A stretch of 64,000 nt of DNA from Bacillota bacterium (GCA_029226935.1 JAQXYZ010000066.1:1748-65747); one strand, 5' to 3'. Numbered from the stretch's first letter, positions 22,409 to 32,375 are shown. Numbers and translations: made by a program. The notes: generated by a model from the letters alone, not told the origin.

Positions 22409-22693
22409 TTGAAAAAACAAATCGAAGGGCAGATGAATTTCTTTGATCTGCTTTCAGAAACAAAATTTTTAGAGGAATTTCCACAATTTATTGAATGTAG
22501 TAGTTGCTGGTGCTATGATTGTAGGCATAATGAAAACAATGAAGCTGTTCCAAGAGATTTTGCAGGAGAAAAAAAGGCTTGCCCTTCATGTAGTTTCTGT
22601 ATCGAAAATGGAAAAGCTGATATTTGTGAAATTGGTTCTTATAAAAATGGCTGTAAATTGAGAGCAGAGGAAGAAGGGTTAAAACCTGAATAA
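22409..22693 (+). CDS. small cysteine-rich protein of unknown function (9 Cys)
   Basis: ORF with CSSCWCYDC and CPSCSFC clusters. I favour TTG 22409, six nt after a GGGAGG SD, because ATG 22385 sits inside the gyrA terminator stem. ATG 22433 is an alternative. Confidence 0.5.
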   Translation: MKKQIEGQMNFFDLLSETKFLEEFPQFIECSSCWCYDCRHNENNEAVPRDFAGEKKACPSCSFCIENGKADICEIGSYKNGCKLRAEEEGLKPE

Positions 22694-22723
22694 AAATTGA
22701 TAAATATATGAGGAGATGGGAAA

Positions 22724-23917
22724 ATGGAAAGTTATCTTGTGTTAAAGGATTTGGCAATTATCATTATTGCTGCAAAATTATTTGGTATTATAGCAAGAAA
22801 ATTAAAAGCACCTCAGGTAGTAGGTGAAATTATTGCCGGATTAATTATAGGTCCCAGTATTTTAGGTCTTGTCAATCAGTCTGATTTTCTGGTACAAATG
22901 GCAGAAATCGGTGTAATTCTTTTGATGTTTTCTGCAGGTTTGGAAACAGACTTAAAGGAGCTTGTTAAGACAGGTCCTATTGCTACTTTGATTGCATGTG
23001 CGGGAGTGTTTATTCCTCTTGTATGTGGTGCAGTATTTTATATGATTTATTATGGTATGTCACCCTGGGGTTCTGAAGGTTTTTATAAAGCAGTTTTTGT
23101 AGGTACAATCCTTACTGCCACATCGGTCAGCATTACGGTTCAGTCACTTAAGGAAATGGGAAAATTAAAAGGGAAAGTAGGAACTACCATATTAAGCGCC
23201 GCTATCATTGATGATGTAATCGGAATTATTGTTCTTACTTTTGTAATTGGATTTAAAAACCCTGATTCTGATCCTCTTTCTGTGGTAATCAGTACAGTAT
23301 TATTCTTTATACTTGCAGTTGGAATCGGATTTATTTCTTATAAAGTATTTAAATATATAGACAGAAGATATCCTCATACAAGAAGAATTCCAATTGCAGG
23401 ATTAGCTTATTGTTTTGCAATGTCTTATATTGCAGAAAGATACTTTGGAATTGCTGACATTACCGGTGCATATGTGGCAGGAATCATTCTTTGTTCCATT
23501 GATGATTCCAGTTATATAGAAAGAAAAGTGGATATTAACTCATATATGTTATTTGGACCGGTATTTTTTGCAAGTATTGGTTTGAAGACAAATATTGACA
23601 GTGTAACAGGAAGTATTTTGCTTTTCTCATTAGGATTTGTTATAGTAGGTTTATTGAGCAAAATTATTGGTTGTGGATTAATGGCAAGATTGTGCAAATT
23701 TAAAGGAAATGATGCACTTAAGATTGGTGTCGGAATGATGACCAGAGGAGAAGTCGCATTAATTGTTTCACAGAAAGGACTTTCCGTTGGATTGCTTGAA
23801 CCGGTATATTTTACATCAGTTATTTTATTGATTATTGTTTCTTCAATTTCCACGCCAATTATTTTGAAAATCCTTTATTCTAAAGATAAAGAGCCGGAAG
23901 AATTGCAGACAGTTTAA
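22724..23917 (+). CDS. cation:proton antiporter (CPA2, Na_H_Exchanger family)
   Basis: 397 aa with roughly 11-12 TM segments. The N-terminus LKDLAIIIIAAKLFGIIARKLKAPQVVGEIIAGLIIGPSILG is typical of NapA/KefC-like exchangers. Confidence 0.85.
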   Translation: MESYLVLKDLAIIIIAAKLFGIIARKLKAPQVVGEIIAGLIIGPSILGLVNQSDFLVQMAEIGVILLMFSAGLETDLKELVKTGPIATLIACAGVFIPLVCGAVFYMIYYGMSPWGSEGFYKAVFVGTILTATSVSITVQSLKEMGKLKGKVGTTILSAAIIDDVIGIIVLTFVIGFKNPDSDPLSVVISTVLFFILAVGIGFISYKVFKYIDRRYPHTRRIPIAGLAYCFAMSYIAERYFGIADITGAYVAGIILCSIDDSSYIERKVDINSYMLFGPVFFASIGLKTNIDSVTGSILLFSLGFVIVGLLSKIIGCGLMARLCKFKGNDALKIGVGMMTRGEVALIVSQKGLSVGLLEPVYFTSVILLIIVSSISTPIILKILYSKDKEPEELQTV

Positions 23918-23923
23918 ATAAAA

Positions 23924-23975
23924 AGTCCCAAAACCGGGATATACTCATAATTGAGTTACGGTTCTGGGACTTTTT
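23924..23975. terminator. bidirectional terminator between the antiporter gene and the convergent regulator gene
   Basis: AGTCCCAAAACCG and CGGTTCTGGGACT form a 13-bp stem with one mismatch. A/T tracts flank it on both sides. Confidence 0.55.
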
Positions 23976-24008
23976 GAATTTTTAAGAAACAGTTTCACTT
24001 TTATGAAG

Positions 24009-24419
24009 TTATTTTTCCTTGATATTGTTAATAAAATGGAGTAAATCCTTTTCTTTTATAATTGCAATCCCCTGTTTTTCATCACCAAGTAGAATAAGAT
24101 TATCACCGGCTTTAATTTTAAAAATATCCCTTGCTTTTTTTGGGATTACGATTTGTCCCTTTTCTCCTACAGTTACGGCACCAAATAGATATTTACCTTT
24201 AGGAGGTACAGGAAACCCCATACTATCCGAGAAATTAACCAAATCATCTAGTAAAACATCATAAAGAGATGCAAGTGCCTTGCAGTTATAGATATCAGGA
24301 GTTGTTTCTCCGCTTTCCCATTTTGCAACAGCCTGTCTGGATACACCTACATGCTCAGCTACCTCTTCCTGAGATAATTTGTTCAGTTTCCTTAAATTTA
24401 ATAAATTTTCACTTAGCAT
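24009..24419 (-). CDS. XRE-family HTH fused to an AbrB/SpoVT-type swapped-hairpin domain
   Basis: The N-terminus LRKLNKLSQEEVAEHVGVSRQAVAKWESGETTP is an HTH_3 domain. The C-terminus GAVTVGEKGQIVIPKKARDIFKIKAGDNLILLGD is AbrB/MazE-like. I place the start at ATG 24419 (MLSENLL). Confidence 0.75.
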   Translation of the reverse strand: MLSENLLNLRKLNKLSQEEVAEHVGVSRQAVAKWESGETTPDIYNCKALASLYDVLLDDLVNFSDSMGFPVPPKGKYLFGAVTVGEKGQIVIPKKARDIFKIKAGDNLILLGDEKQGIAIIKEKDLLHFINNIKEK

Positions 24420-24732
24420 ACAATTCCTACTCCTGTTATGTTTAATAGCATTATATATTGAAAAAATAGATGTGTCCATCAAACAAAAATGACATTTATG
24501 CTGAAAATATGTAATGTTTGGTTGCATAAAATTAATAATAATCTGATATACTTCATATAATTACTACTATTTTTTAATTTAATATGAGTTACTCTATTCG
24601 TGCATATTGACTAAAAAAAATGTGTTTGATATACTATTTGTATAAAAAATGGTAAATATTTTATAAAGGATGTACAAATAAATTTGTAATATACGATTAT
24701 TGTGATGAACGATAAACCAAGGAGTAAGTGTC

Positions 24733-25833
24733 ATGAAATTATGGCTTGGAAATATTTTTAATTATATAAGGAATTTAATCACAAAGGATGTAGCAGCAAA
24801 GAATGAATCCAAAAAGTTAATTGTGATTATAAGAATTCTTCTACTTTCTGTAATTGTATGTTTGTTCTTAAATGGAATCATATGTATTTCACAGCTGGAT
24901 GTCAGGACGATATTATTTTATGGTGGTTTTCTTGCAGTTTTTATAGGTATTTTTGCTCTTTCTTATCGCTACAGATCAAAGATCATTTTTTGGATGTTTA
25001 ATATAGAAATGATCATATGGATATGCATGATTCTTCATATGTTTGGATGGAATATAGGAGTACAGCATTTTCTGATGGTGCTTTTGGTTTTGTCCTTTTT
25101 TTCCAGTTATAAACAATATGCAGGAAAAATATTTTATGCAATTTTTTTGTGTGCTTTAAGAATTGTATTGTTTTATATATATCATGAAAGAGAAGGTTTA
25201 TGGTCTGTAAATGCAGCAGAAATAAATTTATTGCAGGTTATTAATACAATTACAATTTTCTGGTGTATTTCCGTGATTGCCTTTATTTTCAGTAATAACA
25301 GCCAGGAGCTTGAAAGCAAGCTGATAGAATATAATATTCAGCTTGAAAAGCAGGCAAATACAGATACTCTTACAGGATTATATAACAGAAGAAAAGCCAT
25401 GGAATATATGGAATATCTGTTAAAAAATCAATCAGGAAGTTTAGGGTTTAGCCTGTGTATATGTGATATTGACTTCTTTAAAAAGGTAAATGACAGTTAT
25501 GGACACGATTTCGGTGATGAGGTATTAAAAGCCATTTCACGTCTGTTTATGGATGAAATAGGAGAAAAGAATTTCGTTGCACGTTGGGGAGGAGAAGAAT
25601 TCCTTTTATTATTTCCTGAATGTAACGGTGATAATGCCTGGAATATTCTCGAAAAACTTCGGAGAAAAATAAAGGAATTAAAGGTTAAAAAGGGTGACAT
25701 GGAAGTAAGTGTTACCATGACATTTGGTCTTGCAGAATATGATTTTACTAATGGACTGACAGCTACTATTACAGAAGCAGATGAAAAATTATATAAGGGA
25801 AAAAAGAGGGGAAGGGATATTGTTATTTTTTAA
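24733..25833 (+). CDS. membrane-anchored diguanylate cyclase (GGDEF)
   Basis: About 6 N-terminal TM helices followed by a GGDEF domain (TGLYNRR, active site GGEEF, CDIDFFKKVND). Confidence 0.88.
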   Translation: MKLWLGNIFNYIRNLITKDVAAKNESKKLIVIIRILLLSVIVCLFLNGIICISQLDVRTILFYGGFLAVFIGIFALSYRYRSKIIFWMFNIEMIIWICMILHMFGWNIGVQHFLMVLLVLSFFSSYKQYAGKIFYAIFLCALRIVLFYIYHEREGLWSVNAAEINLLQVINTITIFWCISVIAFIFSNNSQELESKLIEYNIQLEKQANTDTLTGLYNRRKAMEYMEYLLKNQSGSLGFSLCICDIDFFKKVNDSYGHDFGDEVLKAISRLFMDEIGEKNFVARWGGEEFLLLFPECNGDNAWNILEKLRRKIKELKVKKGDMEVSVTMTFGLAEYDFTNGLTATITEADEKLYKGKKRGRDIVIF

Positions 25834-27343
25834 GAAAAAACTAAATGAAACTTTAAAAGCAGTACTTCCAATACTTATGATTGTATTATTATTATGTTTT
25901 ACAATTGCTCCTATACCGCCCAGTATTCTTATGACATTTTTGGTTGGTGCGGCATTATTGATAGTTGGAATGCTGCTTTTTAATGTTGGTGTGGAAATGT
26001 CCATGACTCCCATGGGAGAACGTGTAGGTACAATCATGACAAAGTCAAAAAAACTTTATGTTGTACTTTTTATTAGTTTTATCATGGGATTCATTATTAC
26101 AATTTCAGAGCCGGATCTACAAGTACTGGCTCAGCAGGTGCCTTCAATACCAAATATGGTATTGATTTTAGCGGTTGCAACAGGTGTGGGAGTTTTTTTG
26201 GTAATCGCATTGCTTCGTATGCTGTTTGAGATTACATTATCTCATCTTTTAGTTATTTTTTACGGGATTGTTTTCATACTTGCATTTATGGTGCCAAGAG
26301 ACTTTTTGGCTATTGCTTTTGATTCAGGCGGTGTAACAACAGGGCCTATGACAGTTCCCTTTATTATGGCATTTGGTATTGGTATTGTGGCAATCAGAAG
26401 TGATAAGCATGCGGCGGATGACAGTTTTGGTCTGGTTTCGTTATGTTCGATAGGCCCAATTCTTGCAGTTCTTATTTTGGGAATGATTTATCATCCGGGT
26501 CAGACTGAGCATGTTTCAGAATCTATTCCTATTATTGATAATACTGTAGATTTGTGGGGATTATTTGAAAAAGAATTTCCTACATATATTAAGGATATGG
26601 CAGTTTCGCTTTTTCCTATTGTATTTTTCTTTGCTATCTTTCAGTTGATTTCAAGAGACATTAACAAAAAAACTTTAATAAAAATTGGGATAGGTCTTGT
26701 ATATACATATTTAGGTCTGGTACTTTTTCTTACAGGTGTAAATGTAGGATTTATGCCGGCAGGAAATTATTTAGGTCAGATTATTGCCGGTTTTTCTTAT
26801 GCATGGGTCATTATTCCCATAGGAATGATTATCGGGTATTTTATTGTTCTTGCTGAACCTGCGGTATTTGTCCTTACAAGACAGGTAGAGGAAATGACAT
26901 CGGGGGCAATTTCTGCGAAGGCAATGAGATTGAGCTTATCTATAGGCGTTTCCTTATCAGTAGGTCTTTCAATGATTCGTGTGCTTACAGGTATTTCTAT
27001 TCTCTGGTTATTGATTCCGGGATATGCAGTTGCGCTTATTTTGACCTTTTTCGTACCAAAAATATTTACAGCAATTGCTTTTGACTCCGGAGGTGTGGCA
27101 TCCGGTCCTATGACAGCAACCTTTCTTTTGCCATTTGCGATGGGAGCCTGTGCATCAAGAGGAGGAAATATCATTACGGATGCTTTTGGAATTGTTGCGA
27201 TGGTAGCAATGACACCACTCATCACTATTCAGATTATGGGTATGGTATTTAAATTAAAGGAAAGCAGACTTCACAAAAAGACTCTGGAAACTCAAGACTT
27301 GTCTGTGGAAGCATATGGAGATATGGAAATTATCGAATTATAG
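25781..27343 (+). CDS. DUF1538-family polytopic membrane protein (internally duplicated)
   Basis: FDSGGVTTGPMTVPF and FDSGGVASGPMTATF each occur once per half. The real start is probably TTG 25820 behind GAGGGGAAGG, which overlaps the GGDEF stop by 14 nt. Confidence 0.75.
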   Translation: MKNYIREKRGEGILLFFKKKLNETLKAVLPILMIVLLLCFTIAPIPPSILMTFLVGAALLIVGMLLFNVGVEMSMTPMGERVGTIMTKSKKLYVVLFISFIMGFIITISEPDLQVLAQQVPSIPNMVLILAVATGVGVFLVIALLRMLFEITLSHLLVIFYGIVFILAFMVPRDFLAIAFDSGGVTTGPMTVPFIMAFGIGIVAIRSDKHAADDSFGLVSLCSIGPILAVLILGMIYHPGQTEHVSESIPIIDNTVDLWGLFEKEFPTYIKDMAVSLFPIVFFFAIFQLISRDINKKTLIKIGIGLVYTYLGLVLFLTGVNVGFMPAGNYLGQIIAGFSYAWVIIPIGMIIGYFIVLAEPAVFVLTRQVEEMTSGAISAKAMRLSLSIGVSLSVGLSMIRVLTGISILWLLIPGYAVALILTFFVPKIFTAIAFDSGGVASGPMTATFLLPFAMGACASRGGNIITDAFGIVAMVAMTPLITIQIMGMVFKLKESRLHKKTLETQDLSVEAYGDMEIIEL

Positions 27344-27357
27344 AAATGGGATGAGAT

Positions 27358-28035
27358 ATGGGTAAATTATATTTAATGACCACAATTGTGGATAGGAAAA
27401 AAGCAAAAAAATATTTTGAGCTTTATAATGATAATGACCGGAACGTTATGTTTTCCATTATGGGAAGAGGTACAGCATCCGGTGATATTTTAGACTATAT
27501 TGGATTGGAATCCATAGAAAAAGTGATTATCTTTTCTGTTCAGGAGGAAGAAGGCTGGTTTCATCTGAAAAATCAGCTGCAGAAAAAGCTGAAGATTGAT
27601 GCTCCCGGAGAAGGAATAGCTTTCATTGTTCCGTTAAGCAGCATTGGTGGAAAAAAACCTTTACAATTTTTGCTGGAAAATCAGAATTATCAGAAAGAGG
27701 AGGAATCAACCTTGAAGGATACAGAGCGTGAGTTAATTATTGTGATTGCGAATCAGGGAAATATAGAAATGATTATGGATGCAGCCCGGGGAGCCGGTGC
27801 TTACGGTGGCACAGTAATTCATGCAATAGGAACCGGTATGGAACAGGCAGTAAAATTTCTTGGGGTTTCGTTGGCAGCAGAAAAGGAAATGATTTTTATC
27901 GTTACCAAAAAAGAACAAAAAAATGATATTATGAAAGCAATTATGGAAAAAGCGGGAATAGAGAGTCGTGCCGGATCTATTGTATTTTCTCTTCCTGTAA
28001 CAGATACGGCAGGATTAAGATTAATAGAGGATTAG
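27358..28035 (+). CDS. tandem P-II-like signal-transduction protein
   Basis: 225 aa made of two ~100-aa halves, each with a P-II-like beta-alpha-beta pattern (LYLMTTIVDRKKAKKY...GEGIAFIVPL and LIIVIANQGNIEMIMDAARGAGAYGGTV...GSIVFSLPV). It lies 14 nt after the DUF1538 gene. Confidence 0.6.
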   Translation: MGKLYLMTTIVDRKKAKKYFELYNDNDRNVMFSIMGRGTASGDILDYIGLESIEKVIIFSVQEEEGWFHLKNQLQKKLKIDAPGEGIAFIVPLSSIGGKKPLQFLLENQNYQKEEESTLKDTERELIIVIANQGNIEMIMDAARGAGAYGGTVIHAIGTGMEQAVKFLGVSLAAEKEMIFIVTKKEQKNDIMKAIMEKAGIESRAGSIVFSLPVTDTAGLRLIED

Positions 28036-28042
28036 CGTGTTG

Positions 28043-28798
28043 CTAATCCTCTATTTCTAAACCAACCGGACAGTGATCTGATCCAAAAATATCTTTGTAA
28101 ATCACGGCATCTCTTAACGAACTGTCTAAAGACCGCGAAGTCAAAAAATAATCAATACGCCATCCGGCATTTTTTTCTCTTGCTTTAAATCGATAAGACC
28201 ACCAGGAATATGCACCTTCCAAATCAGGATAAAAATACCGGAAAGTATCTGTAAATCCAGAATCTAAAAGTTTGGAAAATTTATTTCGCTCTTCATCTGT
28301 AAAACCGGCATTCTTTCGATTTGTTTTGGGGTTTTTCAAATCAATTTCCTTGTGAGCAACATTCAAGTCTCCACAGACAATGACCGGTTTCATTCTTTCC
28401 AGTGTTTTCAGATATTTCAGAAAATCATTTTCCCATTCCATTCGATAATCTAATCTTTTTAGTTCGTCCTGGGAATTGGGAGTATAGACGGTAATCATAT
28501 AAAAATTTTCAAATTCCAATGTGATAAGACGTCCCTCCTGATCATGTTTTTCAATTCCCATTCCGTAAGAAACAGATAAGGGTTCTTTTTTGGAAAAAAT
28601 GGCAGTTCCTGAATATCCTTTCTTTTGGGCATAATTCCAATATTGATTATAACCGGGAAGGTCCAGGTTAATTTGTCCTTCCTGCAATTTGGTTTCCTGC
28701 AGACAGAAAATGTCAGCATCGACATCTTTAAAAAATTCAGGGAAACCTTTATCCATACAGGCACGGAGACCGTTTACATTCCAGGAAATCAATTTCAT
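28043..28798 (-). CDS. xth: exodeoxyribonuclease III
   Basis: [19 protein letters not shown], and the C-terminal SDHCPV. The start is ATG 28798 or 28801. Confidence 0.92.
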   Translation of the reverse strand: MKLISWNVNGLRACMDKGFPEFFKDVDADIFCLQETKLQEGQINLDLPGYNQYWNYAQKKGYSGTAIFSKKEPLSVSYGMGIEKHDQEGRLITLEFENFYMITVYTPNSQDELKRLDYRMEWENDFLKYLKTLERMKPVIVCGDLNVAHKEIDLKNPKTNRKNAGFTDEERNKFSKLLDSGFTDTFRYFYPDLEGAYSWWSYRFKAREKNAGWRIDYFLTSRSLDSSLRDAVIYKDIFGSDHCPVGLEIED

Positions 28799-28907
28799 CA
28801 TAAGTAGTATCCTTTCCAATTATTATTTTCCTTTGTTCCGAAAGTTTATGGTTTTGCTTGGAACATCTATATTATACTGGAAAATCTTTTTAAAAGACAG
28901 GAAAATA

Positions 28908-29531
28908 TCATGTATTTAAAATTCTTTTTTCAAGGATATCCAGTGCACGTTCATTTTCCTGCTGGCAGTAAGCTACCATGGCATCCTTTCCTTCTTTTAC
29001 CAGAGAAGTAATATCAGCTCCTAACTGTATATAGCAGACATAATTATCGATGACCTCTATTCTGGATGCAAATACTTTTGCTTCATTTTGCGATTGTTGC
29101 TCATAGATATTTAAAAGTACGTCACGATATTCATTCAGGTATTTTTCAACAGTTTCAACCTCATTTTCCTTTGCTTTAATAAGAATGATCATATCGATTC
29201 CGGCTTCCGCACGCTGATATTCTGCCAGAAAATCGTCATACATATTTTCAGAGATTCCTGTTCTTTCTGCCAATTCTTCAGCACTCAGGAGAGTGTCAGG
29301 CCAATAATGGTCTCCAAGGATTTCTATTATGGCATCTTTAAGTTCATCCATTGGTCCTGCGATTTTGTATTTACTTCCTACCTGAAGTGTATTTACGGCA
29401 TCTTCCTCTCCATTGCCTTCATTTAGATATGCAGGGTCATCATAAGGAACATTTTCCTCTCTTCTTTCCACACATCCGGTTAACAGGATAGCACTGCAGA
29501 CAATCATTTCTATAAATATAATATTTTTCAT
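28908..29531 (-). CDS. lipoprotein (DUF4358-like)
   Basis: The signal peptide with lipobox MKNIIFIEMIVCSAILLTGC follows an AGGAGGA SD. The start at ATG 29531 is preferred over the tracked 29579. The family name is from memory only. Confidence 0.6.
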   Translation of the reverse strand: MKNIIFIEMIVCSAILLTGCVERREENVPYDDPAYLNEGNGEEDAVNTLQVGSKYKIAGPMDELKDAIIEILGDHYWPDTLLSAEELAERTGISENMYDDFLAEYQRAEAGIDMIILIKAKENEVETVEKYLNEYRDVLLNIYEQQSQNEAKVFASRIEVIDNYVCYIQLGADITSLVKEGKDAMVAYCQQENERALDILEKRILNT

Positions 29532-29676
29532 AAAATCCTCCTTTCTGTGCATGATAAATGATGTGATAAGTATTTCCATATATTAGACAAAATATGTGGA
29601 CATGTGATAAAATGAGCCTTGCAGTGGATTGTGTTTGTATAGACCGATATCAAGCAGAAAGGAGAGGAAATAAATT

Positions 29677-31173
29677 ATGCTGTTCAATTCCTATATTTTT
29701 ATATTTCTATTTCTTCCCCTTACATTGTTGGGATGGTACATTCTGAATTATTTTAAAAAATACGAGGCCGCCAAGCTGTTTTTGGCAGGAATGTCCCTGT
29801 GGTTTTATGGATATTTTAATAGTTATTACCTTCTCATTATTGTTGTCAGTATATTAGGAAATTATCTTCTCAGCTATTTGATGAAATTTTCCCGAACCGT
29901 ATTGACTTCCCGGATCGGGCTGATTACGGGGATTTTGTTTAATTTAGGATTCCTTTTTTATTTTAAATACTACGATTTCTTTTTTGAAAATATCAATTTA
30001 GTATTTCATACAAATTTTAATTTAAAGTATATCCTTCTTCCTTTGGGAATTAGTTTCTTTACCTTTCAGCAGCTTTCCTTCATTATTGACAGATGTACCG
30101 GGAAAGCGGAGCACTATTCCTTTATTAACTATCTGACTTTTGTAACCTTTTTTCCTCAGCTGATTGCCGGTCCGATTGTTTTATATACGGAAATGATGCC
30201 TCAGTTTGAGGATGTTACCAAAAAAAGGTTCAATGCTGATTCCTTTGCAAAGGGGATTGTATTTTTTACAATAGGGCTTGGAAAAAAGGTCTTATTGGCT
30301 GATACTCTCGCGATTCCGGTCAATTATGGATTTGAGCAGACACAGTTTCTGGATACACCTGCTACGTTGTTAGTGATTTTAGCGTATACTTTTGAAATTT
30401 ATTTTGATTTCAGTGGATATAGCGATATGGCAATTGGTCTTGGTAAGATGTTCAATATCGAGCTGCCGGTAAACTTTAATTCTCCCTATAAAGCATGTTC
30501 AGTTAAGGAGCTTTGGCAGCGTTGGCATATGACATTATCTCGTTTCTTTATCCAATATGTTTATATTCCTTTGGGAGGAAGCCGGAAGGGTAAACTTAGA
30601 ACCATCTTTAATACTTTTATGGTATTTTTTTTAAGTGGTCTGTGGCATGGAGCAAACTGGACCTATGTAGCGTGGGGAACTATGCAGGGACTTCTGGTAA
30701 TCTGGGACAATCTTGGAATTGTAGGGGTAGAAGGCAGCAATGAGAAGGTTCCTGCCAAATTTCATATTCCAAAATGGATGGGATGGATTTTTACCTTTAC
30801 TTTCTTTAATTTGTCTCTGTTCTTTTTCCGCAGTGACAATATGGCAAATGCCTTTCAGATGTTTAAAAATATTTTTGCCTTTAAAAATACCGGATATCTC
30901 TATAAAGTGGCAGCTAAAATGGATATTCCGGAGTTTTATCTGATAAAACAGGTAATTAATTTAACTATGCCGGACATGCTTACTTTTGCATACTTAGCAG
31001 TATTTATTTTACTTTTGGTAATCAGTGGATTTATCCTTACCCGGAAAAACACTATGCAGATTGTTTATGAGCAGCCGCTAAACAGAGGCTTTTGTCTTTG
31101 GATCACCGTTATTTTTGTCTGGTCTGTAATTTCTTTCTCACAGGTCAGCACCTTTATTTATTTCAATTTTTAG
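29677..31173 (+). CDS. MBOAT-family membrane O-acyltransferase (AlgI/DltB/PatA-like)
   Basis: 498 aa, polytopic, with the conserved LWQRWHMTLSRFFIQYVYIPLGG and GLWHGANW histidine motifs. Confidence 0.9.
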   Translation: MLFNSYIFIFLFLPLTLLGWYILNYFKKYEAAKLFLAGMSLWFYGYFNSYYLLIIVVSILGNYLLSYLMKFSRTVLTSRIGLITGILFNLGFLFYFKYYDFFFENINLVFHTNFNLKYILLPLGISFFTFQQLSFIIDRCTGKAEHYSFINYLTFVTFFPQLIAGPIVLYTEMMPQFEDVTKKRFNADSFAKGIVFFTIGLGKKVLLADTLAIPVNYGFEQTQFLDTPATLLVILAYTFEIYFDFSGYSDMAIGLGKMFNIELPVNFNSPYKACSVKELWQRWHMTLSRFFIQYVYIPLGGSRKGKLRTIFNTFMVFFLSGLWHGANWTYVAWGTMQGLLVIWDNLGIVGVEGSNEKVPAKFHIPKWMGWIFTFTFFNLSLFFFRSDNMANAFQMFKNIFAFKNTGYLYKVAAKMDIPEFYLIKQVINLTMPDMLTFAYLAVFILLLVISGFILTRKNTMQIVYEQPLNRGFCLWITVIFVWSVISFSQVSTFIYFNF

Positions 31174-31213
31174 AATGATATGTGATATGCTGATTTTGGA
31201 CTGAAGGAAAGAT

Positions 31214-32311
31214 GTGGAAAGAACTATGAAAAATACATCTCAAAAATTTATCAGGCAATTTTTTATATCCTGTGGTGTTTTATTGATACTTTGTATTGTC
31301 ATTGTAATATTGTTTGATCCCTTTTTTCAGTATCATAAGCCTCTTCCCGGATTGAAAGCAGTGCTTACAGACAAGGAATACCAATGTGTAGGTTCTCTTA
31401 AGACTTTTGATTACGACAGTGTGATTGCAGGATCTTCCGTTGCAGAAAATTATTACAATGATTGGTTTAATGAGGGATTTGACTGTCAGGTTATTAAGGC
31501 AATCCGCTCTTATGGCGCCACAGCAGATTTATGCTATCTTCTGGACATTGCTTTTGAGAATCAGGACCTGAAATATGTTTTTTATAATTTAGATCCCTCG
31601 GCACTGGTAGCCGATCCGGAAACAACTTATGAGATGACAGGTTGTCCTATGTATCTTTATGATGACAATTATATCAATGATGTGGAGTATTGGTTAAACA
31701 AAGGTGTTCTTATGGAAAAGATTCCTTATCTGATTGCCAATTCCTTTATGGGTGATTATGACGAAAATGATTCCTATAACTGGGCACAGTGGAAACAATT
31801 TAATTCTGACATGGCACTTGGACTTTATATCCGAAAACCTTCTGTGAATGAAATGAAGCCGGAAAAATATTATCAGGATGTTCTCGATGCAAATTTAAAT
31901 TTACTGACCAGCCGAATTGAAGCCCACCCGGATACAATGTTTTATGTGTTTATTCCCCCTTATTCTATGTTGTGGTGGGATAATATTTATCGGGAAGGCG
32001 ACACAGAAAGCTATCTTTATAATATGGAATATGCAATGAAGACATTGCTCCCCTATGACAATGTAAAATTTTATTATTTTCAGGATGACCGGGAAGTGAT
32101 TACCAATCTGGAAAATTATATGGACATTCTTCATTTTTCACAGGATATCAATCACTATATCTGTAACAGTCTGATTAGCGGTGAACATCAGGTAAATGAA
32201 GATAATTATGAAGAAAGAATCAGCGGAATGAGAGAATTGTCTTATGAGATTGTAAATAAACTGATTAAGCCCTATGAAGATAGGATTAAGGTAGATATTT
32301 ATGATAATTGA
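31214..32311 (+). CDS. membrane-anchored DltD/SGNH-like partner of the MBOAT protein
   Basis: One N-terminal TM helix, a candidate catalytic Ser block VIAGSSVAEN, and a C-terminal D-x-x-H (MDILHF). The start is GTG 31214 or ATG 31226. Confidence 0.55.
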   Translation: MERTMKNTSQKFIRQFFISCGVLLILCIVIVILFDPFFQYHKPLPGLKAVLTDKEYQCVGSLKTFDYDSVIAGSSVAENYYNDWFNEGFDCQVIKAIRSYGATADLCYLLDIAFENQDLKYVFYNLDPSALVADPETTYEMTGCPMYLYDDNYINDVEYWLNKGVLMEKIPYLIANSFMGDYDENDSYNWAQWKQFNSDMALGLYIRKPSVNEMKPEKYYQDVLDANLNLLTSRIEAHPDTMFYVFIPPYSMLWWDNIYREGDTESYLYNMEYAMKTLLPYDNVKFYYFQDDREVITNLENYMDILHFSQDINHYICNSLISGEHQVNEDNYEERISGMRELSYEIVNKLIKPYEDRIKVDIYDN

Positions 32312-32375
32312 CAGTTAAAAAAGTATATTGATATAAAAGTGGCAGGGATGAATATCATTCCTGCCACAAAACTTA

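Noticed and set aside
28495-28764. An 89-aa same-strand, alternative-frame ORF inside xth.
   Set aside because: It is embedded in a conserved exonuclease III frame and has no independent start signals or motifs.
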